Source: Antedon mediterranea (Eukaryota > Animalia > Echinodermata). From it: a DNA stretch of 64,000 bases. The notes beneath the pieces are model-generated. The model worked only from the letters and a program-made list of their open reading frames with translations, searched no databases and was not told where the DNA came from. Position 1 is the first letter of the stretch; each line of letters starts with the position of its first letter. A program made the position numbers and the translations under genes. Of this stretch, positions 51,157 to 64,000 are shown in pieces. Location: contig NC_092672.1 of assembly GCF_964355755.1 (NCBI RefSeq), positions 19,605,237-19,669,236 of the forward strand, given 5' to 3'.

Positions 51157-51736
51157 TTCTTACTAAAATCTCAATAATCTCAAATCAACTGATGGTCGCC
51201 GACGTTGACATTCCGAACAGAATACCTCCGACTCGTTTCGTTGATATTTTGACAGAACAGACAATAAACTATTGGACAAAGCTACCTCGATTACACAAAA
51301 CAGTCAACTGGTCAACAGTCAGTATTTTTACAGATTTAAAAAACCAAGCTTGTGGATAAAACAAAAGAACAATTCACGTGACGAGTAAAGGATCCTTTTC
51401 TTTACGACGTACTAGACGGAGTAGCACGACGCATCATTGGCGGTTACAGCCATGCAACCAGTGCTTGGCAATCTATTGCTCCAACCAAATTGAACAGGTT
51501 CGTACAATTTGAAAACGCAGATCCCGTCCCGTTCTTTTGTTTTGCAAGTAATCGTGTCGAACTACCAGATCTTGAATTAAAATTAGATAACAATATTATT
51601 ATTATTCGTCCTTCAAAATGTATTAAACACTCTAGGTGTGATGTTTGATAGCTCTTTGAATATGTCCTCTCAAGTAAATGCTTTATGCAAGTCATTGAAT
51701 TACCAACTCCGTAATTTGTCGTAAATATATTACTAA

Positions 51737-51938
51737 AGTTTGGTTTTCACTAGCGACGTGACGCAATCTACGCAACGTAAGAAAATGCCCTTCCAATCAC
51801 TGTGTTTGCCCCCGCCTGCGTGAAATCAAACATACGATGTTTGCAGCACTATTGCGTCGTCGGTTCCCACTTATGATTACGCAATACAGCACATTGCGTC
51901 GATACGTCTATGCGTTGCGTTCTAGTGGGAACCACGCT
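51737..51938. mobile_element. PIF/Harbinger-like MITE
   Basis: taa|agtttggttttcactag ... ctagtgggaaccacgct|taa. Confidence 0.7.
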
Positions 51939-51941
51939 TAA

Positions 51942-52490
51942 GGATGCATGCCAAAATCCTGTCCCGCCTTGACTATGCTAACTCGCTCTTGCTTGGTGCT
52001 CACGCCCGTGCCCGCGAAGTTGATCTTAAACGATTACAGCGATTGCAGAAACAAGGCTGTGTTTGCGTGTGGACGGTATCAGCCTTCGGATGGTTTATAT
52101 TGAAATATCTCGATTGGCTTCATATAAAAAAAAGAATTGTGTACAAAATTATTGTTTTTGTTCATAACTGTATTTACTCTGTTTCCTTTATACCTTTTTT
52201 TATTTAACCGTGATCCGCTTTCATTTAATTTCGACTTCTCTCCTCTAATTGATCCCACCCGACTTTTCGTTGCACGATCTAATCGGAAAGCTGGGGACAA
52301 TACTTTTTCTGTCACCTCTCCGCGGATCTGGAACGTAACGCGCTTCCTGTCGATTTAAGAGGAGCGAATTCGGCAACTCTATTTAAACATCAAAAACTTT
52401 TCTTTAATTAATAATAGGCGTACTAGTGTTGTTAGGCGCTCTGTTCATTGTAGAGGGCGCCTATACGAACTTATAGAATAGAATATAAAT
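51942..52490 (+). mobile_element. 5'-truncated L2/CR1-group LINE fragment
   Basis: SRLDYANSLLLG..LQRLQ..LDWLHIKKRIVYKI..GDNTFSVTSPRIWN; (atagaa) tail. Confidence 0.85.
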
Positions 52491-53879
52491 AAATATTCTT
52501 TAGAAACGTGAAACTTAAACAGATCTGATATCAATGATCAGTGGCCTCTTGTACCTGACAATGATGGATGCAGCCTGTTTGGTTCTCATTGCTTTTTCTC
52601 AGTGGGTGAAAACGTAGAAAGGTGCGTTCCCACTCTGTTTGGTTATTCAGAAACATTTCCCGTATCGGATGAGTGCTTTCAACGATGTAATGTAGACGCG
52701 GCAGTATGTGAGCCTATGTCGGTAGAAATCTTGTCGTATGCGACATGATTTGATTATCGTATACAGATGTGTGCCTGTTATCGTATGTTTGTGATACATC
52801 GTATTCTTATTTTGTTTTCTAAATAAAACTTTCTAGCCAAAAAAATAAAAAAAAAATTGTCGTATGCAGATGTGTGTCTCTTATCGTATGTTTACAATGT
52901 TTTAATATTTCTGTAATAACAAACTAAAAATCGTATTTTAATTTTTTAAATTATTTGTTTTCTTTTTTTTTTATTTCTTACGAAGATGGGGGTGATGTTA
53001 AATTGAAATTCATGAAAGCGCCTTGATTGATGCAAGCATGCAAATGTATTAGAAATCGGTCATAATAATATTATTGACAATGGTGCGTGCAATACTGTTC
53101 TTGATAATGAAACAAACATTAAATTAACATAGCTAAACTATTAACACATCGATGGTCTTTCTCGTTATGCCTGGGGAAGCGATATGGAAACGGTAGTAAA
53201 ACAGTGTTAGAACATTGATCCCAAACAGGAATAATGTTGCTAAGATACGAAAAGGAAAAGCAGAAAACTCAAAGCATAGAATACTTTGAAGAGATTTGCA
53301 AAAGCGTTGTGTTGACCAGAGGCTATGAATTGCATAGAGCCAGGCACTCATCGTTTTACGAATATTTATCGTATACATCTGTATACGATAATCAAATCAA
53401 TGGCACGTTGTTCCCAGAGCAGATTTACGGATTTCGAAAAGTATTGAGTTTCATGCAGCGCATCCAACTATAGCACAGCCAGAAGATTTGTTGAGAAAAC
53501 CGATATTGAAACTGAAAAGGACCACTTAGCAGTGCATCAAGAGCGTAGACTTTAAGGTTGATTTTGGCGAATTTATAGAAAACGCAAACATCGACGTCTT
53601 AACCATGTATCATAACGTACTGGGTGGTATTAAACGTGAAATGAATAGAAAAGACAGTTTCCTACCAAACACTCTGTTCGATGTCATAGAGAACATTAAT
53701 GTGCCACAGGGACTCTTGTGTTTTCCAAGGTCTTTTATATAGCAGCCACACAGATGGCCGGCTAGCGATTTTTTTTTTCGTACATAAGTTGGGGACCCCC
53801 TCATGAAACGTCACAAAATAAAAATGAATAATTCATCAGTTAAATTTTCTTGTTCCTTGTGCACCCAAGCGTAATTATA

Positions 53880-54447
53880 ATAGAGGGCTAAAAACTCAAT
53901 ATAATGCGTATATTTAATGCATTTATTGGTGAAAATTACGTTCAATTTTAATATATTTTGTCAATGTCAATGCAACAAAACCCTAGGCCTAAATCAGCAT
54001 CACTACCTAGCCTAGGCCTAAGACTAAGAGGGCGAATATTATTTAGATCATTGAGGTATAAAAACTACAGTACATGCATGTATATGGATGATGAATTTGT
54101 CGATTTTCATTCTTAAAAGTTAACGAAAACTGCGAAAACCATGTAGAGTATCAACAGTAACATTTTTGTTTTGTTAACATTGAGTTTTTAGCCCTCTATT
54201 ATAATTGCTCTTTTGGCGCTCCATAGAAACAACAACATTGAACATGGCGTATGCGAAATTGACGAACCGATGTGCGAGAAACACGTCTGTAAATTCATCA
54301 ATTTAAAGCATTTATTTGTCACTTTTTGTGTGATCTCCTTCGTAAAAGTATTTTTTAGGCCTAATTCTAAGGTGTGGTACTCACGATAAAGTTTCTTAAC
54401 ACATTTTGAGTCGAAATAAATGACAGGTGCGAAACGGAACTAGCGCC
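53880..54447. mobile_element. Second, left-truncated copy of the 28750-29657 foldback MITE
   Basis: 54180-54447 is nearly identical to 29388-29657 and ends gaaacggaactagcgcc. Confidence 0.85.
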
Positions 54448-54482
54448 CTAAATACTACTAACTAGGCCTAGGCCTAGTGTCT

Positions 54483-55567
54483 GGGGTGTCACGAAACCTC
54501 AGACCACGAAAGCTCAGACCCCCTAAGACCTAAGATCACGAAAGCTAAGACCCAACACCTAAGATTACAAATACTAAGATATACTACAGCTTAAAAACAA
54601 TACTTGTTTATCCATACATAATTTTAAACAAAGTAGGTTTCATTTATTACCATAAATATAATTTAATACTACCGAAAAACATAGATAAACTCACATTATT
54701 TTCGCCCGTTGAGTAAATGTATATTTTTTCTTTACAACAAACAAACTTGACGGGTTGTTTGTTGGTATATATTTACTCCATTGTGTTGCTTCAGAGGATG
54801 TTTTTCTTACGCACCTGCCTTTCTTGTATTTTGACTCCAAATTTGTTGACTAACTTTATCCTGAACACCACACTTTAAAATTAGGACTTATAAGTACTTT
54901 CAGAAGGAGAAACACATAATAAAAAATAAATAAATCCTTTAAATTGATGATTTTACAGATGTGTTTCTTTGTACTGTATACTGTAATGACAATGTAACTC
55001 CTCGAGCTCCCCATGCTCAATGTTTTTGTTTCTATGGAGCGCCAAAAGAGCAACAACAAGTATAAAAACAGAAAGAAAACGAAACAAAAAAACTTATCAT
55101 GATTTTTAAATTAAAATTTATTTGCCAGTATTTATTTCTTCGTACTTGCATGATTATACTATTATCATTACAATTTTAATTTTACATTGTTCCATCCACA
55201 CTGTAGATGGACTCCACAGAGTTTTCAGCCCTCTATATAATTTTTGCTCTTTTGACGTTCCATAGAAACAAAAACATTGAACATGGCCCATGGGGTAGGC
55301 CTACTGTACTGTAGGCTAGTCATTTTGTGTGCGAGAAAAACGTCTGTAAAATCATCAATTTAAAAATGTATTTGTTACTTTTTATGTGATTCTTTTTCAT
55401 GAAAGTGCCAATTCTAAGGTGTGGTATTCAGAATAAATGTTGGGAGTTAAAATACAAGGCAGGTGCGAAAGATAAATATTTGTAATCTTAGGTGTTGGGT
55501 CTTAGCTTTCGTGATCTTAGGTCTTAGGGGGTCTGAGCTTTCGTGGTCTGAGCTTTCGTGACACCCC
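54483..55567. mobile_element. TIR element with 8-bp TSD containing a degenerate foldback MITE
   Basis: tagtgtct|ggggtgtcacgaaacctcagacc ... ggtctgagctttcgtgacacccc|tagtgtct; internal 54808-55470 resembles the foldback family. Confidence 0.85.
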
Positions 55568-56519
55568 TAGTGTCTGTCTATAGGCCTACTTATGTAAGTT
55601 GATGTAGGCCTAAGGCTATACTAGACAAAAAGGGTGCTAGAGTAATAGATAGGAGGAGGAACAGGTAAGGCTGGACCAGGCCTAGTACAAGTTTGGCTTA
55701 TAGCTAGCTAGATACTGTTTAGGCATAGCCTACTAGGATCATCATAATAGCAGTTTTCATACTGGAATTACGGAAAAAGGTTAAAGGTTTCAAGATGGTT
55801 TTAGGCCTGGGTTTAAACCATATAATATTTATATTATAAATAAAGGAAGTAAATTCATTGGTTAGTGTTCATTAAATATCTTTGTATCAAAATTGATTAA
55901 ATTCACAGCGTTAATGAATGGTGGCACAGAATAGTTAGCTCTTGTTAAGAAAGCTAATTGTAATACTTTAATCTCTGTCAAAATTAGCTATTAAATCAAA
56001 TCAACATCACAGGCAGAATGGCAAAGCATACCAGGTAAACACACACTCACATTCCTAGTGAGTGTCTAAGGACACAATTACAACTCCTCCACTCCCAAAG
56101 ACTTGTAATAAGACTTTGTTTATGTAGAGCATCTTGTGTATTTGTTTGTCTTGTGAACCTAGCTCTGAGGGTTCCTAATGATCAGCAATTGCTGGATGGA
56201 TCACCCTCATTAAATATGGTTTTAAAAAAATATTAAAAACTGTAAATCAAGAAAAACAACATAAAAAAGTAAGTCACAATGTGTACATCATCATCATTTG
56301 TCAGCTTATTGATCATGTCATCTGATTAAAATTTACTATTAAAATTGTTGTTTGATTGTTGAAGTATTTGGCCCTTTAGTATTCTGGGTATGTTGAGGGT
56401 TTAAAATAAGATTTTAATGCAACGTAAAAACAATGTCATTGCAGTATACCATCAAACTATTTTCTGTTTTATTATTAATGCAAACATTCTTTTATAATTA
56501 TATAATGTCATTTTGTCAG

Positions 56520-59500
56520 GTTTAATCCATTGCATATAATAACAGATGCAATGGTTAAAACAACGGTGTGTACACCAGATGCCAGTAACAAAGAAATGTT
56601 GAAAGAAACAACGCAGGATATTTGTAAGTATTCACTTTATTCAGATACATGCTGCAACCAAAATAGATGATTTATTTATATTTTTTAATTTATTTTTTAT
56701 AATTATTTAGGCAAATTGCCAAGGATAACCATAAGCGAATTAATTCACTATCCTTCTTAAAGGTGGAAATCCTGTTCACAAGACAAACATACACAAGATG
56801 CTTTACATAAACAAAGTCTTATTACAAGTCTTTGGGAGTGGAGTTGTAATTTGTCATTAGAAAAAATCCTGACATGGACATGGACACAGGACCCTTGAAT
56901 TGGTAGCCAAGCACCATAACTACCAAGCCACAACTCCACTCCAAATTTAAAATTCACCCCTGACTCATGCACTGTCATGTCACAACTTGTTTTTTTTTTT
57001 TTTTACCAAATAATTGTTGTTCTCATGTCATTGTAAATCAATTTAAAAGACACTCTAGGTTTAATATTTGGGTGACAATTTGCGACTAGTTCTTGCACAC
57101 AAATGACTTTGATATTTCATAAATTCGTGGAGAAAACAACTACCATATAAACATACAAGTTGTTTAAATTCAATTTGAGGATAAATTAGTTTTTAAATTA
57201 TTGCAACAACATCATAAAAATAGTTTTAAAGTGTCTATGCTTTTAAAAAAACAATATAACTGTGTAAGAAATAAAATAATATATACATGATTTTATTAAC
57301 ATTTTTTAATTTAAAAGCTTTAGACATGTATCAGGATGCTGTCACTGATGTCACAGTTAAAAAAATGTTGAAAAGTCCACGCCATACAAAAGGATACACA
57401 CAAAGAGCAGGAACATCACAGCAGGAAACAAAATCTGGTAAAAAGATTTTAATTAAATTCAATTCAGTAATCTGCTGTAAAATAAATTTAAAAGTATAAA
57501 TATAAAAGGCACAAAATACCAGTCAATATAAAATTGGTACAAAAGAGATTTTTAAAAATAAATTTAATATAGAAGTGGATAAAAAAGAGGTTTATACAGC
57601 ATTTTGCTGTGATTACTGCTGTGACATTTAAATTCAAATAGAGAATACAAAAGATACACATATTATAATGATGGCAAATTGGATCAGGTTGGAATCGTCA
57701 ACAAATGATTCATTACACTAAACTTTGTTCTTGCCAAGTTAATTTGATTATAAAGCATGATGATGAATGCTAATACATTATTTATAACAAGATAGCATCT
57801 TTAATTATATCATCACATTTTTCAGATAGTAGACCTGAGAAAGAGAAAAACCCCACAGGAGCATCAACATCAAAACAGGAAGCCAAATTTGCTGAAACAT
57901 CAACAAGTTCAAATCCAATGCCAAGTCCACAAAAAGAGAGTAAATATTTATTTTGAAATATGTTTGATTGTGCTGTTCATACATTTTAATGATATCAGAA
58001 ATAAAGACTAAAGTGCTAAATATTGAAATGATTAAAGGAGCGGAAGTTTAATCATAATCATCAGTGTCTGCTAATGAACATATATTATCTTGCAAGTTAC
58101 TTTGACAGTTAATACTAATATTTGTATATTGTATGACACTGCTGTGTAATCTATTCAACTTGCAGTACAATGTGGTTAAATAAACTCATCACTATACTAT
58201 TGATTGGAAAGGATAAGGTTTAGAATACTTAAATATTGCATTGGAAATACTTTTTCTTTAAATAAAAAAGTTATAGTTGGTAATCACAATTGAGGAGACC
58301 TAATGCAAGTTGTTATATGTGTTATATATTTTATCACAACAGAACCAGTGTATGAAGAAAAACCAGAAATTCCTAAAGGGTTCAGGAACAAATTTGTAAG
58401 CAAACTTCGCTCTGCAAGAGAAGATGGTGACCTTAAAGTGGATAGCAACAAGTTTGTTATGCATATCTGGGACTTTGGTGGTCAACCAATTTACCATGTG
58501 ATACAACGGGTAAATTTTATTGGTGTATTTAATTTTTATTAATAGAGATTAGTTTTGCCGTCAATATTCAATATACATGCCTTCTTCTGAGCTTCTGTTA
58601 GTTTCAGTGTATACTTTGTCTTTTGGCCTTGTTACAATATGAGCACTGAAATCAAAAAGCTTGCTCACTTGATTTGAAGTTAAGAACCTATAATCTTCCT
58701 CCAAGGTATTACAAAAATGTGGATCTAATATAGTACAATATGTCAGTATCAGATATAAAATACAATTATTATTATTACAATATTATAAATTATTTTATTC
58801 TTCATTTAATTTAATAAAGTCAACCCGGTCTCTAGTCCCTAATTACCAGAAACCAAACCCAGAATTGAGGTCAAAAGTTCCAAATTCTTTTTTACCTTTA
58901 AAAATACATTTGGAATATCAGAATTTCTGTAAACCAAGACATATTATGCCAGCCGAATGGTGTCCAGTTTTGGGAGACTTTAAGTAAAATAGTATTAATT
59001 GATGTAATATAATGTATTATTAGCAGAGAGGGATAGCAAAGAAAGAATGTAATATTAAACATTCATTATTTATTAAACCAATGATTAAGATTGTAAATGT
59101 TTCCAAGGTGAACATGCAGTTTGTGAGGAAAACAAAAGTATCAAATAATCAGTTGTGCCAGTATACTGACACATGTGTATAAACAGTTTGTAATATTGAC
59201 TATTATGATTATGTTTACTAGATATTCATGGTGTCTTATGCTGTTGTATGTGTTGTATTCAACATGAATGAAGGTCTTAATGCCCCAGCTAAAGTTCGTG
59301 ATCCAACTACTGTAAGTAGATTTTACAAATTTCAAATGTTTATGTAATTGTACATAAATAAAATGTTTCCTTCATGTTATTCTTTACCTTAACACAAACT
59401 GTGCAAATAGCAGATGCCTGATATATGATTGTTGTTATTTCCACTTCCATGATAGTGTTTTTAATAGCAGATGCCTGATATATGATTGTTGTTATTTCCA

Positions 59501-62500
59501 CTTCCATGATAGTGTTGTTAATAGCAGATGCCTGATATATGATTGTTGTTATTTCCACTTCTATGATAGTGTTGTTAATAGCAGATGCCTGATATATGAT
59601 TGTTGTTATTTCCACTTCCATGGTAGTGTTGTTAATAGCAGATGCCTGATATATGATTGTTGTTATTTCCACTTCCATGATAGTGTTGTTAATAGCAGAT
59701 GCCTGATATATGATTGTTGTTATTTCCACTTCCATGATAGTGTTGTTAATAGCAGATGCCTGATATATGATTGTTGTTATTTCCACTTCCATGATAGTGT
59801 TGTTAATAGCAGATGCCTGATATATGATTGTTGTTATTTCCACTTCCATGATAGTGTTGTTAATAGCAGATGCCTGATATATGATTGTTGTTATTTCCAC
59901 TTCCATGATAGTGTTGTTAATAGCAGATGCCTGATATATGATTGTTGTTAATTCCACTTCCATGATAGTGTTGTTTTTCTATTAATTTGTGCTGCTAATA
60001 ATAATAGATAATTTGTCAAACTAGAACTTTAAAAATTGTAAATGTAAATTTTGTTCATTTTTTTTTATTTAGGGAAAAGTTTATGAACATCGAATGACAA
60101 ATCTTGACTTCATTCTGTTTTGGATTCGCTCTGTTTTTGTAAACGTAAGAAAAGGAAAAAATAACAAGATAATGCTGATTGGTACACATTATGAGAGCCT
60201 TGGTAAAACTGAACAAGAAAGACAACAAAGGGTACATATGTCATCACATTTCCTTTTAAACAGTACAAAATTGTATATTGTCATTAATTCATTGGAAACA
60301 ATATGTAGTTTCATCTCTAACATTGGCAATCATGTATGATTGTTTTATACGTCATGTCATGAGCATACTACTGTTAATTATACAATGTACCCTGGGTAAG
60401 TAAATGCGTAACATAACTTAAATGAAACATTTTTTGCACTTTTCAAAAAGGGTTGGGTTTGGCTAGGCACACTCTAAATCTTCCCCTGACATAAGTATAA
60501 TTCAAATATGATGTTATTTATTTTAGGTAAAGGAAATAGAGAATATACTTTGGAAAGCCCTGGAAGGAAAACCATTCGAGGACATGGTGTATCAAGGAGA
60601 GCTCTTTACTATTGAAAACAGTGTCTCATTTGAAAAGAGCGGTGCTTCTAAAATCATTCTCCAAATACAAAAATTAGTCCAGATGATGATTCTTACTTTT
60701 CCAATTAAATGGCTGCAAGTACTGCTTGAAATACAACAGTTACGAAAAGCCAAACTATATCTACCAACTTCTGAGGTTAGAATAAATATCTTTAACAAAT
60801 CGATTGATGAATGCGTCTTTTAATATTTAACATCCATTAAATTTGAAGCATTAAACCCTGTTTTTCTGAGTGTTGCATTGAATAGTGTTAATTAAAGTGA
60901 AAAAAAGCAAACTTATTTCATTACATTTGAAATTGTGTGAGATACAAGTTTGTTATTAATAGTAATATAACAGTAATCCCTGCTTTTCTGTCTGTGTTAA
61001 TTGACTGTTTATGGTGAATCTTCAACAAATGAGTGTTTGAAGTGAATCTTCAAACAGGAACGGTGCAATTTTAGTAGAGTACCAAGTACCAAAACAAAAG
61101 GAACATTTTTGGTCCTCTAATTATTATTGAAGTAAGTGGTGAACCTTGAGTTTACTGTTGGTTGGGAAAATTTCAGAATTCAAATCTACCCTTGCATGAT
61201 AAAGTATTATGTCCTATATAAACAACCTTTCAACAACGAAATGAATGATAACATCAACAGAAAACCAGTTTGTAATTAATCAGCATTTATTTTTTTCATT
61301 ACATTTTTCATTATGATATTTATTTAACTTTTAGATTAATGATTTACTTGCTCGTTGTAAGATAACTGACAGAAAACTGTTTCTTGAGTACTTGCATGAC
61401 ATCGGCGAAATTCTGTTCTACCCGGATGACAAGATCCTCAAAGAAAAAATTGTTATAGATTTGATGGGAGTAGTTGACAAGTTTAAAACAATCATCACAG
61501 TTATAGATCCCAGCATTCAGGTTAGCAAACTTCACTTCTTTGAGTGGTGTCAATCATTGGTGAATATCAGACGTAAACATTGTGGTAATTTTTTTTTAGT
61601 GTGATGGATTTACCTGCAAAAATGTAATATCTGCCACACAGAGAACGAAATTATACCTTATTATTTCTATTATATTCTAATAAACATATTACTGTAGCAC
61701 TCCCATTAAGGGAAGACCCAACAAAGTGTCCCCTTAATAGACGTTAGCCATGGTCTTAATCTGTCTCTCTTTCATTTCACAAGTAAGTTTTAATAAGGTT
61801 TAAGGGAAGGCCCAACAAAGTGTCCTCTTAATAGAGGTTAGCCATGGTCTTAATCTGTCTCTCTTTCATTTCACAAGTAAGTTTTAATAAGGTTTAAGGG
61901 AAGGCCCAACAAAGTGTTCTCTTAATAGAGGTTAGCTATGGTGTTAATTTGCCTCTCATTCATTTCACCAGTAAGTTTTAATAAGGTTTAAGGGAAGACC
62001 CAACAAAGTGTCCCCTTAATAGAGGTTAGCTATGGTGTTAATCTGCATCTCATTCATTTCACCAGTAAGTTTTAATAAGGTTTAAGGGAAGGCCCAACAA
62101 AGTGTCCCCTTAATAGAGGTTAGCCATGGTCTTAATCTGTCTCTCTTTCATTTCACAAGTAAGTTTTAATAAGGTTTAAGGGAAGGCCCAACAAAGTGTC
62201 CCCTTAATAGAGGTTAGCCATGGTCTTAATCTGTCTCTCATTCATTTCACCAGTAAGTTTTAATAAGGTTTAAGAGAAGGCCCAACAAAGTGTCCCCTTA
62301 ATAGAGGTTAGCTATGGTGTTAATCTGCCTCTCATTCATTTCACCAGTAAGTTTTAATAAGGTTTAAGGGAAGGCCCAACAAAGTGTCCCCTTAATAGAG
62401 GTTAGCCATGGTCTTAATCTGTCTCTCTTTCATTTCACAAGTAAGTTTTAATAAGGTTTAAGGGAAGGCCCAACAAAGTGTCCCCTTAATAGAGGTTAGC

Positions 62501-64000
62501 CATGGTGTTAGTCTGCCTCTCATTCATTTCACAAGTAAGTTTTAATAAGGTTTAAGGGAAGGCCCAACAAAGTGTCCCCTTAATAGAGGTTAGCCATGGT
62601 GTTAGTCTGCCTCTCATTCATTTCACAAGTAAGTTTTAATAAGGTTTAAGGGAAGGCCCAACAAAGTGTCCCCTTAATAGAGGTTAGCCATGGTGTTAAT
62701 CTGCCTCAAATTCATTTCCCAAGTAAGTTTTAATAAGGTTTAGGGGAAGACCCAACAAAGTGTCCCCTTAATAGAGGTTAGCCGTGGTATTAATCTGCCT
62801 CTCATTCATTTCACAAGTAAGCTTCAATGAGGTTTTCCCAAAGGAGAGGTTCTACTGACCAGAAGAATAACAATTACTTTGTTGCATTAACAAATTACAC
62901 TTTTGTGCTTTTATGTTTTTTAGCCATCTCTGAAACAGCTTTGGAGAAATTTAAATGGGGGCAAACTAGATGAAAGACTGTTGCAGCATATTTGGAAGGA
63001 TGAGTCAGATGAGATGATTATCTTCTTTGTGTCTCTCATGCAAACCTTTGGGTTAATGTGTGAAAAAAGGAGTAAAGAGGTATTTACATTTTATTTAACA
63101 TTTTAGTTTAATTATTTGTTCATATATTCTATCTAGGTCTCATGTTCCATTTTTGTTTCTATAGAATGTTGGACGAATGTTCTATGTTCTTTCACGCCTA
63201 AAGCCCCAACGTGATGATACAAAGGCTGCTGAATATGAAGAGAAGCATGCTATTTCTCTCTTTCATGACTTTGATGGCTACCTTCCAGATGATCTCTTCC
63301 AACGTGTTGCAACTAAATTTATTGAGGAATTTCAAATAGACGATGTTGAGCCTGCATTGTCTTATGAGCATGTAGAACTGAATGTTGATGGCCATCATCT
63401 TGTGCTTCTAAATGTTGCTACTATTAACAACCGTCGTTTGTTCCAGGTAAAATAATAATAAATAGTTTTATTCAATTCTACTCAAAAGTCTATTATTTCG
63501 ACCAAAAAACAATGAGGTAAAAAAACAATAATGACAAATAATGGATGACGGCAGAATCCAATGAAGATGAAAATCTTGATAGACAAGTTAATAATATGGA
63601 CTTTTAGATTTGAGTAAAAATGTTTAAAGGATTGATTTGTTTTTTATATTGCAGACAACAATTGTCAGAACGACAATCATGAACACAGAATCAGGAAGCA
63701 GCTCTCCAGAAGATGATGATCCACAACCTAGCATCTGTAAGAAGGTAAGCCAGTATCAAACATTCTACACTTTATTTAGAATTACCTCCAACTTATTGCT
63801 TTTACATCTTTCACAAGCACAATTCTATTTACACAATTAGTCATTAGAAATACTGATATATGCCTCTTAATTTGTTCCTTTTTAATTGTTATTGCATTAC
63901 TGTTACAACTTTATTTATTTTTCAGGTGCTTAGTTTCCTTCAAAAAGAATTACACTTTTTGAGTGAGAGGAATGCACATGGTGTTAAAGTAAAGATGTAC
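56520..64000 (+). CDS. Roco-family Roc-COR protein, paralog of 32123-46538; 3' end beyond the window; no P-loop exon seen
   Basis: Open exon chain: 56520-56623, ~57318-57437, 57826-57939, 58343-58509 (IWDFGGQPIY), 59222-59311 (VCVVFNM), 60073-60231 (LIGTHYE), 60527-60775 (FPIKW), 61335-61520 (LEYLHDIGEILF), 62924-63079, 63165-63446, 63655-63744, 63926-end. Intron positions match the other Roc gene. Confidence 0.88.
59405..59975. repeat. ~57-bp intronic minisatellite, ~10 copies
   Basis: Unit aatagcagatgcctgatatatgattgttgttatttccacttccatgatagtgttgtt. Confidence 0.95.
61707..62830. repeat. 94-bp intronic tandem array, ~12 copies, bounded by Tc1/mariner-MITE-like ends
   Basis: Unit taagggaaggcccaacaaagtgtccccttaatagaggttagccatggt...caagtaagttttaataaggtt; flanks tactgtagcactc (61690) and gaggttctactg (62846-62857). 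Confidence 0.9.

Noticed and set aside
53234-53473. 79-aa ORF as the missing P-loop exon of the second Roc gene
   Set aside because: No GxxxxGK[ST] motif and no convincing splice sites.
59340-59963. 207-aa minus-strand ORF
   Set aside because: It is the translation of an intronic minisatellite whose period is a multiple of 3, antisense to the host gene.

Overview
AT-rich, intron-rich animal genomic DNA; a marine invertebrate such as an echinoderm is an inference from gene content only. From left to right: (1) the terminal tandem death-effector-domain (DED)-like exon of a plus-strand gene (388-887); (2) a 22-exon minus-strand myosin-XIX (MYO19) locus (~6.1-27.1 kb) that carries a myosin-V-like N-terminal SH3-like exon and at least five disabling lesions; (3) a plus-strand Roc-COR-tandem-DED gene (~30.2/32.1-46.5 kb) with one frameshift; (4) a decayed copy of the first DED exon (~48.2 kb); (5) a second Roc-COR paralog that runs off the window end (56.5-64 kb). 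I found no P-loop (G1) exon in either Roc gene, and both have an altered G4 motif. Introns and intergenic DNA hold many non-autonomous DNA transposons (Kolobok-like, P-like, Harbinger, Tc1/mariner, Helentron/DINE-like, foldback), LINE fragments (Rex/Babar, RTE, L2), a tRNA-derived SINE family and many minisatellites. Several minisatellites are amplified copies of real exon-intron junctions. Two 20-21 bp palindromes with 7-bp target duplications look like P-element excision footprints. All gene models were read by eye, with no database search.
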